This document shows, one piece after another, positions 56,660-64,000 of a DNA stretch of 64,000 bases (positions are counted from its first letter, which is position 1; every line of letters begins with the position of its first letter). The notes beneath the pieces were generated by a model. That model did not search any database. It saw nothing but the letters and a program-made list of their open reading frames with translations, and was not told the DNA's origin. Location: assembly GCA_028284445.1 (NCBI GenBank), contig JANQRS010000068.1:205300-269299 (forward strand), in the 5' to 3' direction. A program made the position numbers and the translations under genes. Origin of the DNA: Calditrichia bacterium. GTDB taxonomy: Bacteria > Calditrichota > Calditrichia > RBG-13-44-9 > J075.

Positions 56660-58222
56660 ATGAATGCTCGCAAATTCGGATTTGCTCATTGTTTCGGAAT
56701 GCCCTTTTGGTATATGGCAATGGTCATTGCTTTGCTGTCGCTTCCGGGATGTTCTTCTCAAAAAGAAGCAGAGCTGATCAAACATCCCAATGTGCTTTTC
56801 ATTTCTATCGATGACCTGAATGATTGGGTAGAGCCACTGGCCGGAAATAGTCAGGCCCTTACACCCTCGCTGGATCGTTTCTCCAAAATGAGTGTCAATT
56901 TTACCCGAAATTACGCACCCAGTCCCGGTTGCAATCCCTCTCGCTCTGCCATGTTGACCGGCCTGCATACCTATAGCTCCGGCATGTATTCCAATTACCA
57001 GGACTGGCGGAACGTCCCGAAACTACAGGAAGTGCAAACGATTGGTCAGCACTTCCGTAATAACGGCTATTACACTGCCGGGGCCGGTAAGATCTTTCAT
57101 TACAGCCAGGTTGATACCCTTGGCTGGGATGACTATTATCCCAGCATCAAGAACCCCATGCCGCAGGAGCATTTTCCTGAAAAGCGACCCGCCAATATGC
57201 CGCCGTTCAAATACATGTATAATATGTTTGACTGGGGGCCACTAACTATTTCAGATGAAGAAACTGCTGACTTTGAGTCGGTCAATTACATCTCCCGGCA
57301 GCTCGAAAAAGCACATGACAAACCCTTCTTTCTGGCAGCAGGTATCTACCGCCCGCACCTGCCGTGGCATGCACCTCAGAAATACTTCGATAAATTTCCA
57401 TTGGAATCCATAAAAAAGCCTAAGCTGTTAGAAAATGACATTTCGGACCTCGGCCCGGTCGCTAAAGAGATTATCACGCGCGGCGGCAATTACCACAAAC
57501 ATGTTGTGGAAGCCGGACAATGGAAAAAAGCGATCCAGGGCTATTTGGCCTCCATTGCCTATGCCGATGCGATGGTCGGCAGATTATTGCAAGCGCTGGA
57601 AGCGAGTCCGCATGCCGACAATACCATTGTTGTGATTTGGTCAGACCACGGTTGGCAGCTTGGCGAAAAAGAACATTGGCGGAAATTTGCGCTTTGGGAA
57701 AATGTGCTCCGCACTGTTATGATGATCAAGGTGCCCGAGGGGCTGGAAAAAATGCCGCAAGGCTCAGCAAACGGCATCCCCACCAGTAATCTGACGTCGT
57801 TGCTGGATATCTACCCAACGCTGGTAGATCTCTGTAACCTCCCGGGAAGAAGCGATTTCGATGGCGTCAGTTTGCGCTCAATGCTGACGAATCCCCAGGA
57901 AAATGTCGCCAGACCGATTATCAGCACTTATGACTATGGCAGCTTCTCCATCCGTTATGAAAACTGGCACTACATCAAATATATCGACGATTCAGAGGAA
58001 CTATATAACCTGGAAGATGATCCTGAAGAATGGCATAATCTGGCTATGAATGAAGGCTTGGCAGATATAAAAAATCAGCTGGCTGGATTCATTCCGGAAA
58101 ATCCAATCGATCTACCCGAGGTCTCTTTAATTGAACTGATGGAGCATCACGTGCCGCCGTTCCGATCAAAGGAGTATTTTTTCAGCCAGGAAAGACAGGA
58201 TTGGATGAAGCGGTTTGAGTGA
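56660..58222 (+). CDS. Sulfatase (formylglycine-dependent arylsulfatase family)
   Basis: AAGGAGG lies upstream of the ATG at 56660. Lipoprotein-type signal (LSLPGC). Sulfatase signature SPGCNPSRSAMLTG (C-x-P-x-R). C-terminal GHW motifs (WSDHGWQ). Confidence 0.85.
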   Translation: MNARKFGFAHCFGMPFWYMAMVIALLSLPGCSSQKEAELIKHPNVLFISIDDLNDWVEPLAGNSQALTPSLDRFSKMSVNFTRNYAPSPGCNPSRSAMLTGLHTYSSGMYSNYQDWRNVPKLQEVQTIGQHFRNNGYYTAGAGKIFHYSQVDTLGWDDYYPSIKNPMPQEHFPEKRPANMPPFKYMYNMFDWGPLTISDEETADFESVNYISRQLEKAHDKPFFLAAGIYRPHLPWHAPQKYFDKFPLESIKKPKLLENDISDLGPVAKEIITRGGNYHKHVVEAGQWKKAIQGYLASIAYADAMVGRLLQALEASPHADNTIVVIWSDHGWQLGEKEHWRKFALWENVLRTVMMIKVPEGLEKMPQGSANGIPTSNLTSLLDIYPTLVDLCNLPGRSDFDGVSLRSMLTNPQENVARPIISTYDYGSFSIRYENWHYIKYIDDSEELYNLEDDPEEWHNLAMNEGLADIKNQLAGFIPENPIDLPEVSLIELMEHHVPPFRSKEYFFSQERQDWMKRFE

Positions 58223-58310
58223 CAAATGTCTAATGACAAGTGACGAATGGAAAACGAAGCAGTGAAGAAATGCCAAAATTGCCTTGCTCAATAGAAATAG
58301 GAATAAGGAC

Positions 58311-58829
58311 ATGAGTCACAAGCAATACTTTTTATTAGTTAGCTTTTTTCTATGCTTCTCGATAGCTGCCTACGCCCAAGACTCGACACTGATAGATTTT
58401 AGCCTTAAGGACCAATTCGATCAGGAATATAGCCATGAAAGCTGGCCGGGCCGGGTTCTCATTTTTATCGGCAGCGATAAAGATGGGAGTGAATTCAATG
58501 GGGTCTGGGGAAAAGCAATAACCGACTCTTTGATTGGTCATCCAAATTTCGGCAATATCCAGATGGTCGGACTATCGGATCTGAGAGGTGTTCCGTTTTT
58601 TATAAAAGGATATGTCAGAGGGAGGTTTCCAAAGGACAAGAATCAATGGGTGTTAATGGACTGGAAGGGCGTGTTCCCGAAGGCATATCAATTCAAGGAA
58701 GGAATGAGCAATATTCTCATCTTTGATTCACAAAGAAAACTAGCCTATCAAACAGCCGTAAGAACCATGGACAATTTAGAATTGATGCAAATAGTGAAGG
58801 CGACTAAGAACACCATAAAGAATGAATAA
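58311..58829 (+). CDS. Secreted thioredoxin-fold-like protein lacking catalytic cysteines, function unknown
   Basis: Signal peptide, then DFSLKDQFDQEYSHESWPGRVLIF reminiscent of AhpC/TlpA-type folds but without a CxxC. Confidence 0.45.
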   Translation: MSHKQYFLLVSFFLCFSIAAYAQDSTLIDFSLKDQFDQEYSHESWPGRVLIFIGSDKDGSEFNGVWGKAITDSLIGHPNFGNIQMVGLSDLRGVPFFIKGYVRGRFPKDKNQWVLMDWKGVFPKAYQFKEGMSNILIFDSQRKLAYQTAVRTMDNLELMQIVKATKNTIKNE

Positions 58830-58843
58830 AAGAGGGAATCCAA

Positions 58844-59092
58844 GTGGTGAAAGAATATTTTCTATTTAGAAAGTTTATTACGCCGATTGCCTTACAGTTC
58901 TTATTCTGGGGCGGTATTGGCGGAGTGCTATACGGCACTTGGTGGCTCTATGTTCATAACAATTGGGCATGGATTATGGCACTCGTATTTGGCACGTTGA
59001 TGACAAGACTCATTTTCGAAAATTTTATTCTTCGATACCAAACGTATTTGTTGTTAAAAGAAGTAAGGGATAATCTAATCAAAGAAAAGTAG
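58844..59092 (+). CDS. Small membrane protein (DUF4282-like)
   Basis: FRKFITPIALQFLFWGG N-terminal motif and two TM helices. Confidence 0.5.
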   Translation: MVKEYFLFRKFITPIALQFLFWGGIGGVLYGTWWLYVHNNWAWIMALVFGTLMTRLIFENFILRYQTYLLLKEVRDNLIKEK

Positions 59093-59192
59093 CAGTAGGA
59101 TCAAGCTGATAAATATAACCAGAAACGGCTGATTATTAACTGATCCATTGAGCAAATGTTATTTGCTCAATTTCAAGAAAGGACAAAAACAC

Positions 59193-59924
59193 ATGAAATG
59201 CTGGTTCTATTGCTTTTTGCTGATTCTTCTCAGCTCACTCTCCCTGCCTGCCCAGTCCAATGAAGGAACGACAGAGAAAGTGCGACTGCTCATTGTCATG
59301 GGCGGCGGCACCTACGAAAGCTCTGTTTTTCGTTTCTTCGATACCCTCGACGGGGTTAGCTACACGCTTGTTATGTCCGACACTGTTGCATTCAAAGAAG
59401 ACTTTCGCGATCAATACGATGCTGTGCTCATGTATAACCTCAGTTCCTCGCTCGCAGAACCAGCTCGTTCCAACTTGGTGCGTTTCATCGAGAGCGGCAA
59501 AGGGCTCGTGGTATGGCACCATGCACTGGCCAACTATGGCGATTGGCCATGGTGGTATCAGGAAGTTGTTGGAGGACGCTATCTTCTAAGAGGAGAAGGC
59601 GAACTTCCTGCTTCGACCTATCGCCAGGACGAATCCATGATAGCCAGACCCGAGAAAGCACATCCGGTAGTGTCGAGCCTGGGTGGCCATCCGATGCATT
59701 TATACGATGAGACATATAAAGGACTGTGGATCTCTCCGGATGTTGAAGTGCTGCTTAGTACCGGGCTTTCGACTAGTGATGGTCCTCTGGTTTGGGTAGG
59801 GCCTTATCAGTCAGCCCGCGTGGTTGTTGTTCAACCGGGTCATGGCAGCAGCGCGTATTTTAACCTGGGATTTCGGTATATCCTCAGGGATGCCGTTCGT
59901 TGGGTTGCTGGGAGTCTGGAGTGA
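59193..59924 (+). CDS. ThuA-like (class I glutamine amidotransferase-like) secreted protein
   Basis: AAAGGA lies upstream of the ATG at 59193. Signal peptide. ThuA-type core (LLIVMGGGTYES...VVWHHALANYGDWPWWYQEVVGGRY). Confidence 0.7.
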   Translation: MKCWFYCFLLILLSSLSLPAQSNEGTTEKVRLLIVMGGGTYESSVFRFFDTLDGVSYTLVMSDTVAFKEDFRDQYDAVLMYNLSSSLAEPARSNLVRFIESGKGLVVWHHALANYGDWPWWYQEVVGGRYLLRGEGELPASTYRQDESMIARPEKAHPVVSSLGGHPMHLYDETYKGLWISPDVEVLLSTGLSTSDGPLVWVGPYQSARVVVVQPGHGSSAYFNLGFRYILRDAVRWVAGSLE

Positions 59925-60104
59925 GTTGCAGCGCGCCAGCTGCCCAAAACTTCAGTAGATGGCTCCGCCGATCGTCTAGACATTTGTTACATTTCAATAC
60001 TCCAGTGCCCGAACCCCTTCCCCAAGTTCGTCAGGGACAATTTTGTATTGCTTTATCATTCCAAAAAAATTGTTATGACTAAACCGGCATGATACGGCAA
60101 ATTG

Positions 60105-60152
60105 CTTCAACGCTTCAACGCTTCAACGCTTCAACGCTTCAACGCTTCAACG
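60105..60152 (-). repeat. Octamer tandem repeat (CGTTGAAG)x6 spanning the stop codon of the oxidoreductase-ferredoxin fusion gene
   Basis: Six perfect CTTCAACG units on the plus strand. The gene ends ...GCG TTG AAG CGT TGA, using two units, with four more units in the 3' UTR. Confidence 0.65.
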
Positions 60153-62436
60153 CCGCATTCACATCCGCGCTTAACTTCACATTCCCCACCTGCGGTGCAT
60201 CAAACGACAAGACGTCCATCGGGCAAACTGTCACGCAAATTCCGCAGCCTATACAGGATGAGGTCTCGTTGTCGAGAACGTCCTGCTTCAAGGCGTAGGC
60301 CATCACGTCGATACCGACCTGACAGTTTCGAGAGCATTCGTTGCAGGCAATACATTTGTCGTTTGCGTGAATCGCAAAGCGGCTGATGTTGAATTTTGTG
60401 TAGAGCTTGGACATATACTGCATCATTTTCGCGAGTGGACACCAATAGCGGCACCAGATTTTGCCACCCATAAATGGGTAGAGGGTAACCGGCAAAATCC
60501 CCACCAACCACACATCGCTGATCACCGCATACCACTGTAATGAGAGGTCTGCCACATCACCAAAGAGACCGTATATGTCCTTTATCAGCATCAGCACGGT
60601 AATGACGGTGGCGGCAATCAAGATAATTGCGCCCATGTCTTCCCATTTGATGGCATTCTTTCCTTTCGGGGCAAAGTGCCGCCAGCGATCGCCAAAGGTT
60701 TCGGCGAGCCCGCCGCAACCACAGATCCAGGAACAATAGCGTTTACCGTTGAACAATACAAAAATGGGAATAACCACGAAGGTGAGCAGCACGCCCCAAA
60801 TCACCCAAATTTGATGGGGATTATAGAAGAATGTGTAGAAGAATAGTGGCCAGGCATAAATTATCCCGTAGCTGCGCCAGGCTTGATCTGCAAAGACGGA
60901 ATCATTTGCCAATTCGCCAATCCACTGGTATTTCACTGCCCACTGAAAGAGAAATTCCGGGATGATAAAGAAGAATAGCCATTGGAAGGCCAGCAGGCTG
61001 ATATAGCGCCATACCTGGAAGCGGTCTTTGCGTTCCAGTCCCCAGCGCTTTAGGGCCTGGATACCAAAAATAGTCATCAGGGCGGTATAAATGACGGTAT
61101 ACCAGAAACTCCAGGGGCGATCAGCAAAGGAGAGTGCATCATAGCCCCAATTATTGAAAGGCCAGAATTCCCTGCCGACACCGGTTTTGGCGCCGTATAT
61201 CGTATACCAAATAAGGAATGATAGCGATAACCAGGCCCATTTATCTCCTGACCGGCCAAACATAATCAGACTACCAATGGAGATAATTGCCGCCATGGCC
61301 CCGGTCCAGCTGGCGATGCTGTGAAAGACATCCGGCACAATGCCGGTTTGACCACCGGCGAACCAAAGTCCAAAAAGTGCTGCTACGGCGAAGCCAATTG
61401 AACGAACAAAATTGCCTTCCCATTCATTTTCCAGCTTAATGCCGATGGATTTAAGGAAGCGGATCGGCAACTCAGCGCCAACCAGTATAAAAGCATGATC
61501 CGCACCGACTTCCATTTCTTCTTCATGACCGCCTTTGTCAATTGTCAGCGTTGCCTTTTTGCCGGTAAAGGCCTTCACGTTTGAGTTGAAAACCACTTTC
61601 ACTTTGCCGGCAGCAATGGCCTCATTCAGCAGGCGTTCATTATCCTTAAACACGCGTTTGAATTCGCCGCTGCGATAAGACAACACCACCCGGTTTTGTT
61701 CGCTCAGTGTAATCGCTGCTTCTACAGCACTATTGCCGCCGCCAACCACCAGAATGTCTTCATTTTTATACTTCCGCGGACTGTAGAGGCGATGGTAAAC
61801 ATGTTCCAGGTCTTCGCCGGGCACTTTTAATTTGCGTGGATTGCCGCGCTGCCCGGTGGCCAGCACAATGCGATGCGACTTGTAGCTGCCTTTTGGCGTC
61901 GTTACGTGAAAAACATCGTCTTTCTTCTCGATGGCGGTTACCGGTTCTTCCTTACGGACATCGAGACCATTTTCATCTACCATCTGATTCCAGCGCGCAA
62001 CCAGATCTTCCTTCTGTGCGCCATCCAGCCAGAGCTTGCCCTTTGGTGGCACCGTATCCGGCTCCGCATACACCCATTTCCCTTCCGGGAAATTTTCGAT
62101 GGTATTGGCGATTTTTTCCTTTTCCAGGACAACTGCGGACATGCCTTTGTCTTTTGCAGCCAGCGCAGCATTCAGGCCTGATGCCCCGGCGCCAACAATG
62201 ACCAGATCCAGCACTTCCGGATTATTGGCGCTCAGCTTTGGCAGCGAGGCGATATGTTCAATGGTTTCGAAACCTTGCTCCATCGCCAGCTTGATCACCG
62301 GCGCGCCGGCAAGATCACCAACAATGAAAATGCCGGGAATATTGCTTTCCAGATTTTTGCTAAGTAGTGGTCTACGGCTGGGACCGTTTGATAAGGCAAA
62401 AATATCTTCCAGCCATTGTTGAATACGACCAAACAT
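60139..62436 (-). CDS. Fusion protein: FAD/NAD(P)-dependent pyridine-nucleotide-disulfide oxidoreductase domain + polytopic membrane domain with NapH/MauN-type and 2x[4Fe-4S] ferredoxin motifs
   Basis: Dinucleotide motifs (DLVIVGAGASGLNAA; ILVVGGGNSAVE). About 8 TM helices containing CSWICGCGG. C-terminal CIACNECSRNC and CIGCGICVTVCP ferredoxin motifs. The stop codon lies inside the CTTCAACG tandem repeat. Confidence 0.75.
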   Translation of the reverse strand: MFGRIQQWLEDIFALSNGPSRRPLLSKNLESNIPGIFIVGDLAGAPVIKLAMEQGFETIEHIASLPKLSANNPEVLDLVIVGAGASGLNAALAAKDKGMSAVVLEKEKIANTIENFPEGKWVYAEPDTVPPKGKLWLDGAQKEDLVARWNQMVDENGLDVRKEEPVTAIEKKDDVFHVTTPKGSYKSHRIVLATGQRGNPRKLKVPGEDLEHVYHRLYSPRKYKNEDILVVGGGNSAVEAAITLSEQNRVVLSYRSGEFKRVFKDNERLLNEAIAAGKVKVVFNSNVKAFTGKKATLTIDKGGHEEEMEVGADHAFILVGAELPIRFLKSIGIKLENEWEGNFVRSIGFAVAALFGLWFAGGQTGIVPDVFHSIASWTGAMAAIISIGSLIMFGRSGDKWAWLSLSFLIWYTIYGAKTGVGREFWPFNNWGYDALSFADRPWSFWYTVIYTALMTIFGIQALKRWGLERKDRFQVWRYISLLAFQWLFFFIIPEFLFQWAVKYQWIGELANDSVFADQAWRSYGIIYAWPLFFYTFFYNPHQIWVIWGVLLTFVVIPIFVLFNGKRYCSWICGCGGLAETFGDRWRHFAPKGKNAIKWEDMGAIILIAATVITVLMLIKDIYGLFGDVADLSLQWYAVISDVWLVGILPVTLYPFMGGKIWCRYWCPLAKMMQYMSKLYTKFNISRFAIHANDKCIACNECSRNCQVGIDVMAYALKQDVLDNETSSCIGCGICVTVCPMDVLSFDAPQVGNVKLSADVNAALKR

Positions 62437-62477
62437 AAATACTCCTTTTTACTCACTGTTACTCACTGCGTTCGTGT

Positions 62478-62550
62478 CAGGCGCTACGCGCTGTCAGGGC
62501 CTCCGGCCCGTCAGTTCGCTGCGCTCACGTCAGGCTCGCAAGCTCGCCGT
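62478..62550. repeat. Four tandem roughly 18-bp GTCAGG-initiated units, each with a mini-palindrome
   Basis: GTCAGGCGCTACGCGCT / GTCAGGGCCTCCGGCCC / GTCAGTTCGCTGCGCTCAC / GTCAGGCTCGCAAGCTCGCC, in the 5' region of the 60139-62436 gene. Confidence 0.4.
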
Positions 62551-62552
62551 TT

Positions 62553-62599
62553 ACATCCCCCTTTTTCCCCCTTCGCAGGGGGAAAAAGGGGGATGTGGC
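62553..62599. repeat. GC-rich nested-palindrome element, variant copy 3
   Basis: ACATCCCCCTTTTTCCCCCTTCGCAGGGGGAAAAAGGGGGATGTGG, a near-perfect stem of about 20 bp. Four GTCAGG-initiated tandem units of about 18 bp lie just upstream (62478-62550). Confidence 0.55.
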
Positions 62600-62613
62600 G
62601 CTGGCTACGCCAG

Positions 62614-64000
62614 CTAGTACCCCGCTGCCTGTCCGTCTTTGCGCGACTCTGAGGCGCCGTAGTACACTTTTTGCTTCGCATCATACATGATGCCCTGGTA
62701 GCCACCAAAGCTGCCGACATTGACACCCATACGATGGCCCATTTTGGCAAGGTCGCGGACGACTTCATAATCGATGCCGCGTTCCAGGTAAACGCGACCG
62801 CCATTGGTCATTTTTTCGCCGGTGGGTTGGGATGAGTCCTGGTGCAGCATGCGCGGTGCATCTCCGGCTTCCTGCAAATTCATGCCGAAATCGATCATGT
62901 TGACAATGATCTGCACATGTCCCTGTGGTTGGGTGGCCCCGCCCATCACGCCAAAGCTGAGAAAGGGCTCGCCATCCTTTGTTACAAATGCCGGAATGAT
63001 GGTATGAAACGGCCGCTTATGCGGTTCATACACGTTGAAGTGGCCATCTTCCAGACTGAACAATTCACCGCGATCCTGTAATATAAATCCAAGTCCGTCC
63101 GGCGTCATCCCGGAGCCCATACCGCGATAATTGCTCTGAATCAGCGAGATCATGTTGCCGTCTTTATCCGCCACTGTCAGATAGATGGTGTCGCCGTCGT
63201 TAAGCCCGGCATCGTAGCGTCGTGCAGCGCGCTCCATGTTTATCAATTTGCGCCTTTCCGCTGCATAGGATTTGGAAATCAGTTCTTCTACCGGGATTTT
63301 GTTGAAATCCATATCTGCGTAGAATTTGGCGCGATCTTCAAAGACTAATTTCTTTGCTTCCAAGAAAACGTGAATGTATTCCTTGCTGCCGAATCCCATC
63401 GATTTTAGGTCGTAGGCTTCGAGGATGTTGAGCATTTGTAGTGCGGCAATGCCTTGTCCATTTGGCGGCAATTCCCAAACATCATAGCCGCGATAATTGG
63501 TGGAAACCGGCTCCACCCAGTCGGAAGTATGATCTTCCATGTCCTTCATCGATAAAAAGCCGCCATTGCGTTGCATATACTCAACAATTGCTTTGGCGAT
63601 GTCACCCTTGTAGAAAGCGTCGCGGCCTTCTTCTGCCAGTTTTTCATAGGTTTTGGCGAGATAAGGATTTTTGAATACTTCACCTTTGCGCGGTGCGCGG
63701 CCGTCGATGGTAAAAACTTCTTCGAAGCCAGGAAACTGTTTGAGGCGCGGCACGCTGCGGCCCCAGTAATAGGCAATCAATTCGGATAGGGGGAAGCCTT
63801 TTTGGGCATAGTGAATGGCCGGGGCCAGGTTATCGCTCATCTTCAGTTTGCCGAACTTCTCGTGCAGTTCAAACCAGCCATCGACACAACCGGGCACTGA
63901 AACAGGTAATGGGCCATGGCTGGGAATTTTTTCCATGCCTTTTTCCCGAAAATGATCAATCGTCAGAGAGTAGGGGGAACGTCCGCTGGCATTTAAGCCA
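62614..64000 (-). CDS. ggt: Gamma-glutamyltranspeptidase, 5'-truncated by window edge
   Basis: GGT large/small subunit motifs, including the autoprocessing threonine region (DGDTIYLTVADKDGNMIS, TQPQGHVQ, GGATQ). The reading frame stays open upstream of the listed Met through position 64000, so the N-terminus lies outside the window. Confidence 0.85.
   Translation of the reverse strand, partial: GLNASGRSPYSLTIDHFREKGMEKIPSHGPLPVSVPGCVDGWFELHEKFGKLKMSDNLAPAIHYAQKGFPLSELIAYYWGRSVPRLKQFPGFEEVFTIDGRAPRKGEVFKNPYLAKTYEKLAEEGRDAFYKGDIAKAIVEYMQRNGGFLSMKDMEDHTSDWVEPVSTNYRGYDVWELPPNGQGIAALQMLNILEAYDLKSMGFGSKEYIHVFLEAKKLVFEDRAKFYADMDFNKIPVEELISKSYAAERRKLINMERAARRYDAGLNDGDTIYLTVADKDGNMISLIQSNYRGMGSGMTPDGLGFILQDRGELFSLEDGHFNVYEPHKRPFHTIIPAFVTKDGEPFLSFGVMGGATQPQGHVQIIVNMIDFGMNLQEAGDAPRMLHQDSSQPTGEKMTNGGRVYLERGIDYEVVRDLAKMGHRMGVNVGSFGGYQGIMYDAKQKVYYGASESRKDGQAAGY

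Noticed and set aside
60105-60152. Tandem repeat arrays considered as possible CRISPR.
   Set aside because: The units are only 8 bp and contiguous, with no spacers, and there are no cas genes in the window.

Overview
This 64-kb window is chromosomal DNA from a Gram-negative bacterium, most likely of the FCB group (Bacteroidota-, Calditrichota- or Ignavibacteriota-like). The taxonomic guess is an inference from two cargo proteins with type-IX-secretion C-terminal sorting domains, membrane-anchored AraC regulators, and many genes with weak or absent Shine-Dalgarno sequences. It holds about 50 protein-coding genes and no rRNA, tRNA, CRISPR array, transposase or integrase.

Recognisable genes, in order along the window:
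- Heat shock: dnaJ and hrcA.
- Nucleotide metabolism: a class II ribonucleotide reductase (RNR) with an N-terminal ATP cone.
- Envelope and transport: an esterase, a DMT exporter, acpH (acyl carrier protein phosphodiesterase), a polytopic membrane protein paired with a vWA lipoprotein, and an AI-2E transporter.
- Type-IX-secretion cargo: a lamin-tail-domain protein and a large FG-GAP protein.
- Aromatic amino acid block: a DAHP synthase/chorismate mutase fusion, an aminotransferase and pheA.
- A co-directional carrier-protein cassette: an amino-acid adenylation enzyme, a GNAT-like protein, three acyl-CoA-dehydrogenase paralogues and an acyl carrier protein (ACP).
- Regulators and proteases: a TPR-CHAT protease, membrane-bound AraC and GlxA regulators, a CPBP protease and a PIN/RHH toxin-antitoxin pair.
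- Signalling and a giant ORF: a 7TM-DISM receptor with a PP2C phosphatase domain, convergent with a 1240-aa polytopic membrane protein of unknown function.
- Other metabolism: alanine racemase, a sulfatase, a ThuA-like protein, an FAD-oxidoreductase fused to a polyferredoxin-like membrane domain, and a 5'-truncated gamma-glutamyltranspeptidase at the window edge.

The most unusual material is non-coding or low-complexity:
- Two homologous direct repeats of about 150 bp bracket a 2-kb cassette. Each repeat carries four heptamer repeats (CACRGAT) at a 10-bp period plus a roughly 25-bp palindrome.
- That cassette encodes a membrane-anchored, extremely Arg/Asn/Asp-rich low-complexity protein and a 53-aa transmembrane peptide.
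- The same heptamer-N3 array architecture, as CACGAAT, recurs at two further intergenic sites.
- A CATTGAAG-type octamer tandem repeat overlaps the stop codon of three unrelated genes.
- Two families of GC-rich nested-palindrome elements occur in three and two copies, one copy with a 35-bp flanking duplication.

My coordinates for non-ORF features are read off the printed sequence and may be off by 1-2 nt.
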